Positions 21,672 to 34,700 of a DNA stretch of 64,000 nt are shown here, in pieces; positions within the stretch are counted from its first letter, which is position 1, and each line of letters opens with the position of its first letter. Both the position numbers and the translations under genes were made by a program. The notes under the pieces were generated by a model, which was not told where the DNA came from, searched no databases, and was given only the letters and a program-made list of their open reading frames with translations. This DNA is from Bigelowiella natans CCMP2755 (Eukaryota; Protista; Cercozoa), in assembly GCA_000320545.1 (NCBI GenBank), contig ADNK01000425.1, positions 1 through 64,000 on the forward strand, written 5' to 3'.

Positions 21672-21870
21672 CATGTGTGTGTGTGTACATCATGTTGGCC
21701 ATGATGTGAACGTGTGCATGCATGCACACACTAGCACAAACACACACACACACACACACACACATACACATGCACGCACTCACGCACACACGCACGCGCA
21801 CACACACTCGACACGACTGAACGATTGCTAGATTGCTGTGCACTTGCGTTGAGCTTGCACGCGCCTGGCG
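20940..21870. other. Palindrome-rich intergenic block 3
   Basis: TGCA/CATG/GCGC words plus (TG)n and (CA)n tracts between the convergent WDR83 and MOC1 3' ends. Confidence 0.65.
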
Positions 21871-22316
21871 AAAAACTTGAGACGAGAAAAGTGTTGATTT
21901 TGGCCCCGAATTGAAATCTCAAAAATTTCTCGGCTGCCGCCGAAAAAGCCAGTGCCAAAAAAGTCGCGCATGTGTTGACGCTCGGTTGGGCAAATTGATG
22001 ATCCTTGATCGACTTCTGCAAGCACAAAATGCATCGATTGCAGAAACAAGCTGATGAATAAACAAACGCAACACACAGGATGCAAATATACAAATAATGG
22101 GAAAATGTGGCCATTTCAATGCATACAATCCGTCTCATTTTGGGCAAAATGCAATGATGGCGCACAAACACAACAAACGTGCAATTTTGCGTCACAAGCG
22201 AGCAGCCGAAATCCACAATTGCATCAACATCATACGACACTCGATGATTCCGGATGGAACTGCATGACAATTGTTATGCATGAGTATTTTCTTTCAATCA
22301 TTATTGCATGGTGGGA

Positions 22317-23427
22317 TCAGATTTCACTTTCCAAGTTGCAGATTGTGCCAGTTCCCCAAAGTGCGATCAACAATGCCTCAGCTCTGCCGTGATCTTTAAC
22401 CCGAGACAAGTTCTTTGTCTCGTCAGGAAATTTCTCACATGCCAATTCGCGGCTTTGTGTCTTGTCCTTTCCACTGAGGCCCAGATCATGTTTCCAACGA
22501 TTAGGCTCGACCAACACCTAGTCACAAATGACAACAATGAGAACCGATTATGAATCAATACCACAAACAAACACACACACACACACACACACACACATCA
22601 GACCGTTCGAACCCCTGTAGCCGCTAGGGCACCTCGCCAGATTCCAAATGCGTACCTACATGCATGGATGCAAATTTTACAAAAGATTTCTATCCAGGTT
22701 TCACTAAATTTCTCGAAATCGGCGATTACAATGTATATTTAACAATTCAAAATAAAATTTCGATGATTGTCATACCCTGACGCATACCACCCCTGCTTTC
22801 CATTCATCTGATGGGGCCGTGCTGCTTCAAGGAATGCAATGGTCTTATTGTTCAAATCAGCGTCATATCCAAACGGCCGCAGAAGATCCTATGCAAATTA
22901 TTTCATCGTATTAAGGTATTGTCCAAAGGTGATGCTATTCAGCTATTTACACATTTGTTCGAATCACTAGATTTACCGCTAATGCTTCCGGATCTAGACG
23001 TTTTCTGAATGTCTTGCCGACTTTCACTTTCACGGAAGGGGAGTCGCAAATGCTTGAAGTATTTTTATGTAGGACCGCAAGTGCTCCATTGACATCTGGG
23101 TCTATTCCAAGTACAACCTATGTACATTTCATTCTTTGTCTATTTCAATTTTAAAATAAAATGAGATCAACGCACCCATTCATCAACCGCCTTCATCGTA
23201 GTCGTACCTCTAAAATTCGACCCATGCCTATTCTTCTTCTTCTCATGGTTCCCTAAAGACGATCTTGTAAGCAAGCGATACATGGAATACATGTTGGTGG
23301 TCAAGAACGAGGATTTCACAGCTGTAGTATCAATCCTAGATGGGACCACACTGGAATACAGTGTCTTTGTAGCAAATGCAGTAGGCCAGCAAGTAAGGAT
23401 CAGAAGAAGAATATAAACACTTCCCAT
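22317..23427 (-). CDS. MOC1: MOC1-type (RuvC-fold) Holliday junction resolvase with bipartite signal/transit-like leader, multi-exon
   Basis: VVLGIDPDVNGALAVL, IAFLEAARPHQMNGKQGWYAS, YAFGIWRGALAA and WKHDLGL...KDHGRAEALLIA match plant/Chlamydomonas MOC1 motifs. Exon 1 (23427-23176) encodes a hydrophobic signal followed by an S/T/R/K-rich stretch. Confidence 0.88.
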
Positions 23428-23736
23428 CCTTGCCTATAGGTTCCACCTCCTCCTGCTCCTCTCCTCTCCTCTCTTCAGGCGTTACGATCCGACGCTCGTA
23501 GTAAGCTCCTAGTAATGATAATTTCCTTTCCGGAGGGTAGTAGGTCTCAAAAATTCAGTTGGTTCTCTTTTCTCTCCCCGTTCCCAAATCAATCGGCTTG
23601 AAAGAGAAATATGTGGATGGTCACCGCATCACATTTATGCCTGGAGGAGACAACCATTGCATAGTAGTGGTGAAATCATCTCGGATGATAGAAAATGCAG
23701 AGGGGTGGGTGGTAACCACTGCTAGACAGCAACTAG

Positions 23737-23785
<49 letters not shown>

Positions 23786-23858
23786 TTAGCCAGACAACAA
23801 CTACAACAATAACTAACTAATACTGATAGAAACTACCACTTCTTATCAATCCAATGAA

Positions 23859-23900
23859 CAGCTGGGAAGTCAAGAATGCGAACAGAAAAACTAACTAACA
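23859..23900 (+). mobile_element. Dispersed retroposon-like 3' tail, copy C (truncated)
   Basis: CAGCTGGGAAGTCAAGAATGCGAACAGAAAAACTAACTAAC, near a (CAA)n tract. Confidence 0.55.
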
Positions 23901-24419
23901 ATGACTAGCATTCACTGTATTATTTGTGCTGAACGCAATATGGACTCCTAACTGATGGCTATCTAATATTTTTAGAACATTTTTAACCCGTAGTATGTCT
24001 GATATATCTGAGTTTTTTTAGGTAAATCTTGGATTCTTTAGATAATTCTTCGTTTAGTTTTTTGCTGTCTGGATAGATAGATCTAGATCTAGATGGAAGA
24101 AGAACAACAAGAAGAAAGAAAGAGAGACCACCCCTGCTTACTTATCTCATATTTCATAAACAAAGAAAGGATGCGACGAGGTGGAGAGGAGAAATCTTAA
24201 AAGTAAACGTTCGTTGAGTCAAGTAATTTCAACGTACTGTTGTTACGCTGCGACTGTGCTGCTTTGGTGAGGAAGAAAAAGACCTCGACCAACCTACCTA
24301 CCTACCCCAAAAAGACACATTATAAAGTTAAAAGTTGCAATTAAAGCTTACAAAAACTACTACTAATACAAATACACTGCTGCGCCAGTTCTAGTCAGTG
24401 TCAAACTACTCTAAATCAT

Positions 24420-24993
24420 TCTTCCGAATAGAGATATTAGTGAAGGCGAGGAAAGATGTTATGTTAAACTAATTGATACGTCTTCGAATGGCTTCGACTT
24501 TAGTTCACTATTTTACCGGCCAATCAGACTTAGACAAAAACTATAAAACTCAAAACAGGAGGAGAATATACCGTCAACGGTAGTAGTACATCGATCCAAT
24601 TCAATATATTGGGAAGAAACTATGCTCTCGTATGGGAAGGCTATTACATTGCTTCTCTGCTCTGTGATGCTTGTATTTAGATGCGCTGGTCCATCTGTTT
24701 TATCATCCGCCGAAACAGCATATCAGCCTGCTGATTGCAAGAAAATTCCAAATCAAAATTGGAAGTATCATCATCTTAACAAAGTTAGTAGTCGGAATAT
24801 GGTACTACTATATTCATTGGGCGGGGGTTCTGCAATGTCGCAGCACACGGCTATGCCACTATCTTCAACTCGTTCCTATTCGTCAGCAGAAAAAAATAGC
24901 ACTAGTTTTTTCAGTAATTCTCAAATTGAAACTGCTAATGATTGGAAGGACCAGATGAATCTTTCAGACATCGAGGTGGACGACAGTTCTTAA
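24420..24993 (+). CDS. Possible small uncharacterised gene (exon structure unresolved)
   Basis: Complex, non-SSR sequence with overlapping ORFs (24622-24993, 24671-24958); no motif recognised. Confidence 0.25.
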
Positions 24994-25012
24994 TACGAAC
25001 GCATGATGCTCA

Positions 25013-25065
<53 letters not shown>

Positions 25066-25310
25066 TAATATTAATATGTATTATTGCGTCATACGATGAA
25101 GAGACAATCTAAATGAACGCATGTTCGAAATATGATATTGTGTCGTGCGATAAAGATATACTGAAAGTTATTTTTGCTGTAGGACGAAGAGGCCGTAGAG
25201 GAAAATGTAAAATCAGTGACAAATTCAACTTTCTCACGGTCTTAAATTTTCGTTGTTCTTTTCATTAATTTAGGCCCTAGCTAGCACACTCTTTTATTAT
25301 TATCGCATAT

Positions 25311-26514
25311 TTGGATGTTAACGGGATTGTTCCTCCTTCTCCTCCCTCCTCCCTCGTCCTCCTCCCTCCTCCTGTAAGGTCCAACCGTTTGGATCATTAC
25401 TTGGACGATAAAACAGACCGTCATGGCGATCGTGTGTCTCGCCTCATAGCCAAGGTAGCGGTTCTTCAATTTTGCGATGCTATTAATTTTATTGCAATGC
25501 TATTGATAATAGATTGCAATGCTATTGGTAATAAATCATGCAGTAAAATGTTGAACAGGCAGAAGGATTACTGGGCAGGGAAGGTGGTGAGTTTCTTGCC
25601 CTCCAAATTTTGGAAGAAGCTCAAAGGATGCACCCCTCTCACTCCAACATTTTGGACGCCATGGCAAATGTTGTCCATACTACATAATCTAACTCGTGTC
25701 TTTGAGAATTGAACTAATTACTCAAACTTCCGTTTCGTATAGTATTGATACCACAATACCAAAATCTCTGATGTTGTTGTTGTTAATATTTTTTACCGTA
25801 GATATATTTGGAGTCCGAAAGAGAAGATGCAGCTAGAGAACTCCTGGAAAAGGTGAATTGTAACTTCAATCATTAAGAGCAAGGATAACAGCTTTTGTTT
25901 GTCACACCTCATCATTGATATCACTATTTGTACTGCTACTACTACTTCTTAGAGCATTCGAATCAATCCAAACGGCCCTTATGAAAAGTGGTTCTCATAT
26001 GCAGAGCTGCTTGAGAATGAAGAAATGGCTCTCAAGGCGTACAAGAATGGAATTAGGATTGCAGAAAAGAACTTACATGTTTATGAAAAGATTGTACAGG
26101 ATCAGGTACATCAGCTAAATGAGCAGAAATCATCGTCATCATTCTCATCATACTTAATGATCGTCTAATGCAATACCACTCGTTTTAGCCATTAGCACCG
26201 TGGAGACAGAATGCTGTTGACTCTGCCCATGAAATTCGTAACCATTTGGCATCGGCCCATTCGAGCGTCGCACAATTGTAGTATTGGCATCTTATCTAAC
26301 CTACGTACGTACGTCGTTGTGCTGATATTTACACAGAACAATTTCGATGTGTGTCGCAGAATTTTAAGCAAAATACAGGATGCTGTAGATTTAGAAAGTA
26401 CCAAACAACCACATTGAGTAGAGAACTAGAATATGAACCAAAGAAGAGGTGGAATGAATGATGATAATGATGATGATGATGATGATGGCTCTACCAAAAT
26501 AATTGTAATCTCGA

Positions 26515-26566
<52 letters not shown>

Positions 26567-26962
26567 CTCTGCTTGTGCGTGTGCTGTGTATTCGTATCTT
26601 CTTAAAGGACTACTTACTAATGTGAGACTATCACAATAGGTGTTTCCTGTTCTTCTTCTTCAAGACACTATTGGATAGAGAAGAAGACGATGAAGAATAA
26701 GGCTCTACATCATGCCGAACAGGCTGTTAACTTCAATCCAAATACTTTTGAGGTAGTAGGTGCTCCTCCTCCATTCGTTATTCTATTTGTTCCTATACTC
26801 GCCCAACAACAATGGATGTGTGTTGTTTGTCACATACAATATTGTTGTTTGTTTGTATTTGTGCAAAGTAGACACATGCAATACTGGCTACCGTTTACCT
26901 TGATGCAGCTATAAATAGGACAGGTAGTAGTAGTATTAAAAGAAGAAGAATATGAACATAGC

Positions 26963-27002
<40 letters not shown>

Positions 27003-28197
27003 CCGCAATTTATTCTTTTTACAACTACTACAACTACTACTTACATAGTTACAAGCATTACTACAAGCATTGCTACTACTACTACTACTACTACTACTTA
27101 TACTTCTCTCACTACTTGATTGTCAAGGACGGTTATTTTAATATACATCCATCAGCTGCTGCAATAGCACTGGAAAATGCCTTCGAAGCATATGAGAAAT
27201 ATGATCATGATGATCCTACCCCTACGAACGTAGTTCTAAGGTCCTCGTCTTGTTCTTATGCTCACCAGTAGATCAATCGAAATGTGGCCGTATAATAGTA
27301 TGTCTTGAGTCTCTCTAACTCTCTCTCGCTCTCGCTCTCTCTCTGGCGTACAATATATAGTAAAATGTCTTGAGTCTCTCTCTCTCTCTCCCCCCCCCCC
27401 CCCCTCTCTCTCTCTCACTCTCTTCTAAGGGTGTGCGTGTGTGCGTTTTGGCATTTATGGAAGATTAATCTTCTTTAAGTTTTTGTTGTTGGTGTATGCA
27501 CTTGCCTCCTCTCTCAGTGGAATTAAAGCCGCAATGGAGCTAGGACTCACAAAGAAAGCACTTGCAATTTTGGAAGAGAGGATAAATATGAGTGGAAATA
27601 TGGAACAAATGAATTCGGACAACGCCGAGGAGAATGAAAGCAGTGTCAAGCTAGAGGTCTGCGGTGAATTGTAGGAAATGGATTTTCTCTTGGTGCGGCA
27701 GTCGATCCTTCTAAAAACATATCATCATCATCATCATCAAATCCTATAGGTTATGCATTTGGCAGCTCAATGCTGGTATTTAGAAGGAGACGTAAATCAA
27801 GCTCTGTCATATATGCATAAGGTAGTCTTAGAATATGATTTGATCGTAAGTTTATGCAATGACGCTGATATTTATCATTACTAATATGCTGGGAAACATA
27901 TATCAGATAAAGAGTGTGCTGGAGGCTTCCATGTCAAGGGGTAAACGGTAAGTTTTTTCCGGTGTGATTTACCGACAACAGCATGCATATTACAGGGGAA
28001 ACGATGACGTAAATATTTGTTAGACTTGGTAAGATGGAAGAAAGTATTCTGCTGGACGTTGTGGTCTGATTCGTTCATATCAATCACATTGCTAAAAATT
28101 TTTATAACATAGATATTTGCATTTTGACCAGGAATGGATTGAAGAAACTCATGCAAAATTTCCACGCGTTCAGATTGATCAAAGCGAGAATAAGTAG
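25311..28197 (+). CDS. ACL4: TPR protein resembling Acl4 (assembly chaperone of Rpl4), multi-exon
   Basis: Spliced reading SRLIAK/AEGLLGREGGEFLALQILEEAQRMHPSHSNILDAMAN/IYLESEREDAARELLEK/SIRINPNGPYEKWFSYAELLENEEMALKAYKNGIRI, then further TPR-like helices (AMELGLTKKALAILEE; AAQCWYLEGDVNQAL). Start tentative. Confidence 0.6.
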
Positions 28198-28199
28198 CA

Positions 28200-28990
28200 G
28201 CACATACAAATGCATGGCAAATCGCATATTCTTTGAATTAAATCGTCTTCCGACGCAGACAATGTGCACAAGATAAATCGCGACCATCGCGACCGTTTCA
28301 CATCGAAGTGCCGTGCTGTGCGTCGCCATGATCATTATGTGCACGCTTGCGATGCGTACTATAAGTGGCAACGAAACCAGTAGCACGTGCATGCAGCGCA
28401 ATTGTATCAAGAGGCCGAAGTGTGGTAGAGTGGCACGTGACGGGATGTAATTACTAGAACTAGATTTAGCTTGCCCGCGGCGGTCGCAACTAGGCCAACT
28501 AGCGTAAGCAAATGTAGCAGCAATGCACAAAACGACAAACCAAAAGCCTCTAGCCCTGATGATATATTGATGAAATGAAATTTGTGAGCTTGACATGCAT
28601 GCAAAACTCACGAGGCTAGGTGCTAGGTGTTCTGCTAGCTGCTCGCACGTGGGTCGCTGGCTGTTGGGCGCCAGCTATAGCCAGTTTCACATTGATGTGA
28701 CTCTCAGCATGCACAACACATTACACTAGTACATCATGCTGCTTTCGGAGGGAAAAAAATACATCACATTTTGTCCCCGATGTCACTGCACAAATCAGTC
28801 CCAAGTTCTCTATGTCTACATGTGCATGCAAACACTGCTAGACTGGTTGAAGCGTGAACATGTATGCACGACGTTTGTTCATTCCTGTTTCAAACATCAA
28901 TGCGATGCGTGCTCATACATAGATGTACTATTAGTCCACTAAGCGGAGAACACATTGTACTTAACTGCACACATCAATCAACACAAGTAG
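28200..28990. other. Palindrome-rich intergenic block 4
   Basis: GCATGC/CTAG/CGCG/TGCA-rich stretch between the convergent Acl4-like and 2OG-Fe(II) gene 3' ends. Confidence 0.65.
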
Positions 28991-29019
28991 CTTGTTCGCC
29001 TCATCACAACGTATGACAT

Positions 29020-30378
29020 TCAGAAGAAAGGTTCGAGGTCTAGAGGATCTTCACCCATCTGCGTGCAAGTTAGAGGATCAAGGTTACCAAAATCTATCCA
29101 ATTTGCATAGTTTTCGGATCCAATTCCTACACGCATGATCCACTTGTCCCGGATTCCTGAACTGGGAGCAAAATGACGATGCATGGTACTCTTCAAAACG
29201 TCAAAACGAGATTGATCTTTCTCACGTATCCAAACTGCTTTGCCAGCTTTAGGTTTTACAAGATAATCTCTTATATCATTTTCTATATATGGAAAGCACA
29301 TCTGTCCTTCATCGAAATCGTCATTGAGGAAGATGGTAAGGCTATATTCAACGTGGGACGATTCTTTATCGGATACATAAAAATCTAATTTATTTAAATC
29401 AGTCGCTTTGGATCCAATTGTAAGTTTATGGACAGACAAATCGGTGATTCTATTCAGGGGAACTCCAGTTAGTCGCGCCGTTGACAAGAAAACACGTGTT
29501 AACAGTACGCTCTCATAGAATTTTAGATCGATGCGATCTTGATTTCCCACTCCTCGGGCTATATTCTGGTTGTATGCATCGTAATATTTTACATTGAATT
29601 TTCCTTCTTCCCACGCTTTGTTTATTTTTTCGCTCAAGGCGTCCTGTGCCAAAATTCTAGATTGCGCCCAATTTATAATCCTTTCACAGTCTTTTCCCGT
29701 TAGCAATCCTTCAAACTCTTTGAAGTGCTCTTCACGTCTCACGAAATTAAAGGTTTTTTTGAAACGTTCATCGAGTTTCACACGGTAAGTACCGTCATAC
29801 ATTCTTGACCACATGTTTTGCGCTTGAGTGAGGAGAGATTGCACCTCTGATCGTGATAATTCCCCTTGTGAGAGTGTGGCCACTAATCGGAGAAGAACAG
29901 CAACGCCTGGGTGGTCTTTCCCATTGCTAATCCTAAAATTTGATACATCGTACAATTTTAATGTCTGATATCACCAATACTGGATTGTTTACGATCTCAA
30001 CTAAAGAAATTCATTATGGAATGTTTATGATCACAACTTGAGATATGCATCAAGTGCTTTTCGAGCATGGAACAAGCCCTTGTGGTTATCCTCCTCGCCT
30101 TCTGTGATAGACTGTATGGCTGTGAACTGGTCCGCATTCGCCTGGGTGACAATGTTACATATTTCTGTTGTATTTTGAACGTGAATTGAACACTGACTTC
30201 TCAACGGACCAGTCCTTCCTTTTAGACTCTTCCCGATCGGCTGTTGTTTCAGCAGTTTTCTGAAGTTCGTCGTTCTGAAAATTGAACGACCCCCATCGAT
30301 GTAGCTCACCCGAACGCCTCTCGTTGAGACTTCGCTGCAGCAATGAATTAACGTAGCTACTAACCAAACATAATCCAT
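29020..30378 (-). CDS. Prolyl-4-hydroxylase-like 2OG-Fe(II) fold protein with N-terminal signal peptide and altered iron-binding motif
   Basis: FEGLLTGKDCERIINWA, SLTIFLNDDFDEGQMCFP, VKPKAGKAVW and MHRH...DKW resemble the P4H domain. First exon (30378-~30035) starts with hydrophobic MDYVWLVATLIHCC. Confidence 0.7.
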
Positions 30379-30455
30379 GATACTTCTAAATGGATTTCAA
30401 GAAATCTGATAGGGCGCCGGCAAGAGCACCTAGTACTCCATTCTTCGATTTCTAT

Positions 30456-30456
<1 letters not shown>

Positions 30457-30488
<32 letters not shown>

Positions 30489-30490
30489 AG

Positions 30491-30542
<52 letters not shown>

Positions 30543-30543
30543 A

Positions 30544-30605
<62 letters not shown>

Positions 30606-30606
30606 G
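30457..30606. repeat. (GTT)n/(GGT)n microsatellite
   Basis: About 150 bp trinucleotide run between divergent genes. Confidence 0.95.
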
Positions 30607-30755
30607 ATGTTTTACTGTTTTTTACTGTTACTTTTTTTGTCGCAAAGAGAATTACAAGGTGCTTTTTGTCTTACTTCTTACTCTCCTCCAGAACACCAAA
30701 CGGAATGAGGATCGAACCCTGCCTGTAACGCACGCTTTCAGGGAAAAATCAAGGG

Positions 30756-32243
30756 GTGACCTTCACGGCATCCTTCATGGACAGCAGCAGCTCGAATAAA
30801 GAACATAAGAAAATCGAGGAAAATCTCGAGAGCCAGCAGCAACCCTCCGGCGAGAATGATGGCAAGAAATCTTCGTCATCGGGATTAGATCTGAACATCA
30901 GTGACGACGAGTCTAACTCCGACGACCAGGAGCCCGAGGTCAGAGTTTTAAGTCTCTATGTGTCACACTTGTTTCTTTTTTTCCTATTGAGGTGTAGGAG
31001 CACGTCAAAGATGCTTTCTATAATGCCTCCACAGAATGACGATGAAGATGGCAAGGCAAAAAAACTGTTGTTACACAAGGAAGAGAGTTTAAAGGATGAT
31101 ACGTTTCTCTCAATTTCACTAGGAAACGTTAATTTACCGAGTAATATCAACTACTTGCTGAACATTTTTTGAAACAAAATTGATTTGAAACGGAAACATT
31201 GATCTTAGCCTCCGAAGAACTTAACTGGGCTCTGGCGGAACTTGATATCAAACATGAGGAGTTAGAGAAGCAGATAAAGGAAAACTTTTACGCAAACGAT
31301 TCGGATGGTAGTGGGAGTATTGATAGGGAAGAACTTGGAGACCTTCTCGTGCATGTGTCTCAATTGCTTGCTCCTGGGACAGATGTGCCTACAAAGGTAG
31401 CTGAATAGAGATGATGGAAAACAGCAATTCCTTTTGAGTAAGTTATGTATGATATCAGGAAGATATGAAGCACGCAATTGATCAAGCAATGCATGACTTA
31501 GACGCAGGTATATTTTGGCAAAAGAAAAAAATGCCATATTACTGAGGTAGTCTAATATCTTAGATGGTAATGGAACACTGGATATAAATGAGTTTTCACT
31601 ACTCGTTAAGATGTACGTTGTTCTTTCCGCGAACATGGGTGAATCTGGTAGACCATTAACACCATCTTCAGAGACATTGCGAAAACGCACGGAAATTGAA
31701 AGGAAAAAAAAGGAACAGGCAAAACATGCGCTGGACTTAGAACTCAAACACTTTGGATTTACACGAAAGATGGTACGAAATCATATCCGTGAAAGCTTCT
31801 TTGCCTGGGACAAAGATGGGAATGGAACAATAGATAGAGAGGAATTAGGGCCACTGTTATTGGCACTGATGAAGCAGCTTGCTCCAGGTATGCCCAACCC
31901 GTCACCCAAGGAACTGTCACGCGTCGTAGATGCGGAAATGGAGCAACTTGACGAAGGTAATTTAGAGTAAAACAGCACATTTCAAGTGTTTAACTTTAAT
32001 TATACAGATGGAAATGGGGTCCTTGAGAGAAACGAGTTTGCCGTCTTGGTGAAGAGATTCCTCGTAAAAATGCACCGGCAGAATACCAAGAATTCCATAA
32101 ATGGGAGCAAGGTTTCGTCGCGCCCACCGACTTCCAGAGCATCATCTCGTCCTACTTCAAGTAGAGGGTCATCCCGCCCCACTTCCAGAAAGCAATTACG
32201 CTTAACATTTCCAAAATCTGAAAAAAATGGCACCAAAGCGTGA
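30756..32243 (+). CDS. EF-hand calcium-binding protein (two duplicated EF-hand pairs), multi-exon
   Basis: DSDGSGSIDREE, DADGNGTLDINE, DKDGNGTIDREE and DEDGNGVLERNE loops; start codon uncertain. Confidence 0.85.
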
Positions 32244-32269
32244 CAAAATAACCACAACAATAATCTATC

Positions 32270-32740
32270 CATGCGCTTTGCATACTAGCATAGCTAAATT
32301 AGGAGGACCATTGAAAACATTAAATCACTTCATTAAACCCGTCTCTAGGTCTTCTCATAAAGACACACATGAGTAGATGAAGGCATTTGTTGGTATCGCC
32401 GTGCGTATTTATGCGCACACACGCATCACAGACATGTCTAGATATGTCTGAGCGCAGCACAAGCCGCGCGAGCACATAATAAAAATGCACGCATGCGCAG
32501 CTGCTGCATGTACGTGTATCCAACTACCTGCCTCAGCATGCTTGGATGCGCGCGCGCGCACGCACCTATAGCTAGCTAGCTTGGCACGTCGATCTAGATG
32601 TGCTGTTGCATCACATACATTTTATACGTGATCCCAAACCATGCATGGACGTCATCATCAGGGCTTGGCTTGAACTAGCTACGATACATGTCTACGACAT
32701 GCTAGACCAAATCTCAATGCATTTTCATGCATGCAACATG
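32270..32740. other. Palindrome-rich intergenic block 5
   Basis: GCGCGC/TAGCTA/GCATGC-rich stretch after the EF-hand 3' end, facing a minus-strand gene. Confidence 0.6.
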
Positions 32741-33156
32741 TGATCAAGGAAACAAACAGACACAATTTGAGCGCTGTAGCCGCTACATTGCACAGCTACA
32801 TCAGGGTGAACATTGAAAAAATTTAAATCTTTCATTACATCTGTCTCACATGTCCACGCGCTCCTGCCACTACATATATCGATGATCCCTATATCCCCAT
32901 ATGCGCATGGCCCCACTGCGCCAGATAAAGTTGGATATGGTAGGCTGCGTCGCATGAATAATGCACGCAGCAGGTTATAAGGTATAATCATGGATGATGA
33001 TCTATATACATCCTATGCTATACGCACGTTCGTACTATTCATCCAATGATGAGTTTGCTGATTAATTTGATTTAACTTCCTCTTTCGTGCTGTAATCTCC
33101 AGTTTGTTAGCCATGCTGCATTCTGAACATATCAATAAAATGGACAGCAGGTTTAT

Positions 33157-33939
33157 TTACTTTGCTTCCCAAAAACTATCTTGTTGCAGGATTTGGAGGT
33201 TCTTCGTCACCCTATACATAACAATTATGAGAATTCTGACAACGGGTGGCTTATAACTTACCACTGATGGCATGTTGATATTAAAATCATGTGCCTGAAG
33301 TAACTTCACAACTAACTCCATCCTTTTACGAATCTTCAAGCAATCATATGAAAACAATGAATACGTTGTCAATGTATTAGAATCAAATAATTTTTTTACT
33401 TTATGATATTCACTGGCACAAAGGATTATTCTTTCATTCAGCATCCGCAGAGCTTCTCCTTTTTGCATACCTACATATGTGTGCCCGATCTAAACCAAAC
33501 ATACACATTAGTTACTTGAAGGTCGGAGTCTATAGAAGCGAGAACGTTGTGAAATTTTCAGTCTATTTATCCATTCTTTTGCCGAAGTATAATATGACAC
33601 CCTAAACATCAAATAGCCTCGCGTTTTCATGGCAAAAAAAAAAACAACCATGTGTACACACCTCCAAGTAAGCCTCTGAAATGGGATTTAAGTTTGTCAC
33701 AATTTGTATGGCACGCTTTTGTGATACATAATTCCGTAGCTGTGCAGAACGACGGCCCTGTATATAAGAGGAGTAGTACTCACCACATTTAATGAAACTT
33801 CCACATCGAGTGATGAAATATACTAATACAAAATGGAATGAACAAAATGAGGTAGAGGTTGGTGGTAAGTGAAGTCGTGGAAACAGAAATAGTTGTATTA
33901 AGTTCTTTATATTAAATTAAACGCTGCGCTGTGTATGTA

Positions 33940-33996
<57 letters not shown>

Positions 33997-34700
33997 GGTG
34001 ACATGAATCATGTTTGTGCATGTACAATGTTTTCCTATGCAATGCTACACGACAACTGTGATACCTCTAGATTTTGAAACTTGAGGCGGAGGCGTTCTAT
34101 TTTTTCCTCTGGAGTTTGTATTTCTTCCTCCTCGTCAGAATGACACCCCTCCGACAGACTCTTCAATGAAAATAACACTTGTATAAAGGATATTACATAC
34201 ATATCAGATATGTATACCTGAGGAGTTGTACAATCGCGAGCAATGTGATTTTCTCCAGCAGCACCACCATCATCGCTGATACCACCTCCCGAGGAAGAGG
34301 AGCAGCTCGCTACCAGCATTTCATTGGAGGAGGAGAAATGATGATGCCTAAAGCATTACTTGTATAAGTAAACAAATTCATAAATTCCAAGAGAAACGTA
34401 ATCAACTCACTTACGATCGCGTGAAACAAGATCGTTTCCCTCATCATTTCTTTTACTTGTCTTCGGCCTCCTTTTGCTTAATAAATCTGTGCGAAAAGAA
34501 CCTTTGCCCCCACGCAGCCGCAAAAAAAATGTTGGGAAGCGACTAACGCCATCTGTTCTCATATTCTTGGAGCAATGATTTTCACTAGGCCAGGGAAAAT
34601 TTCTTCCTCGAATGTATTTTCCGGAGATGAGTGCCGTTGTTGCTATCATCAGCATTACGTTAAACTCCGACAGGACTGCGAGATACGACGATGAATTCAT
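33157..34700 (-). CDS. Hypothetical protein with signal-like leader ending in LRLRGG; exon linkage tentative
   Basis: Exon 34700-~34413 (MNSSSYLAVLSEFNVMLMIATTALISG...FFLRLRGGKG), exons at ~34330-34218 and ~34170-34058 with GT/AG ends, and ORF 33157-33468, which may belong to the same gene. Confidence 0.45.

Noticed and set aside
30378-30390. Two divergent ATGs only 11 bp apart (MDYVW on minus, MDFKK on plus)
   Set aside because: The plus-strand ORF runs straight into a (GTT)n microsatellite and is probably spurious; the EF-hand gene likely starts further downstream.
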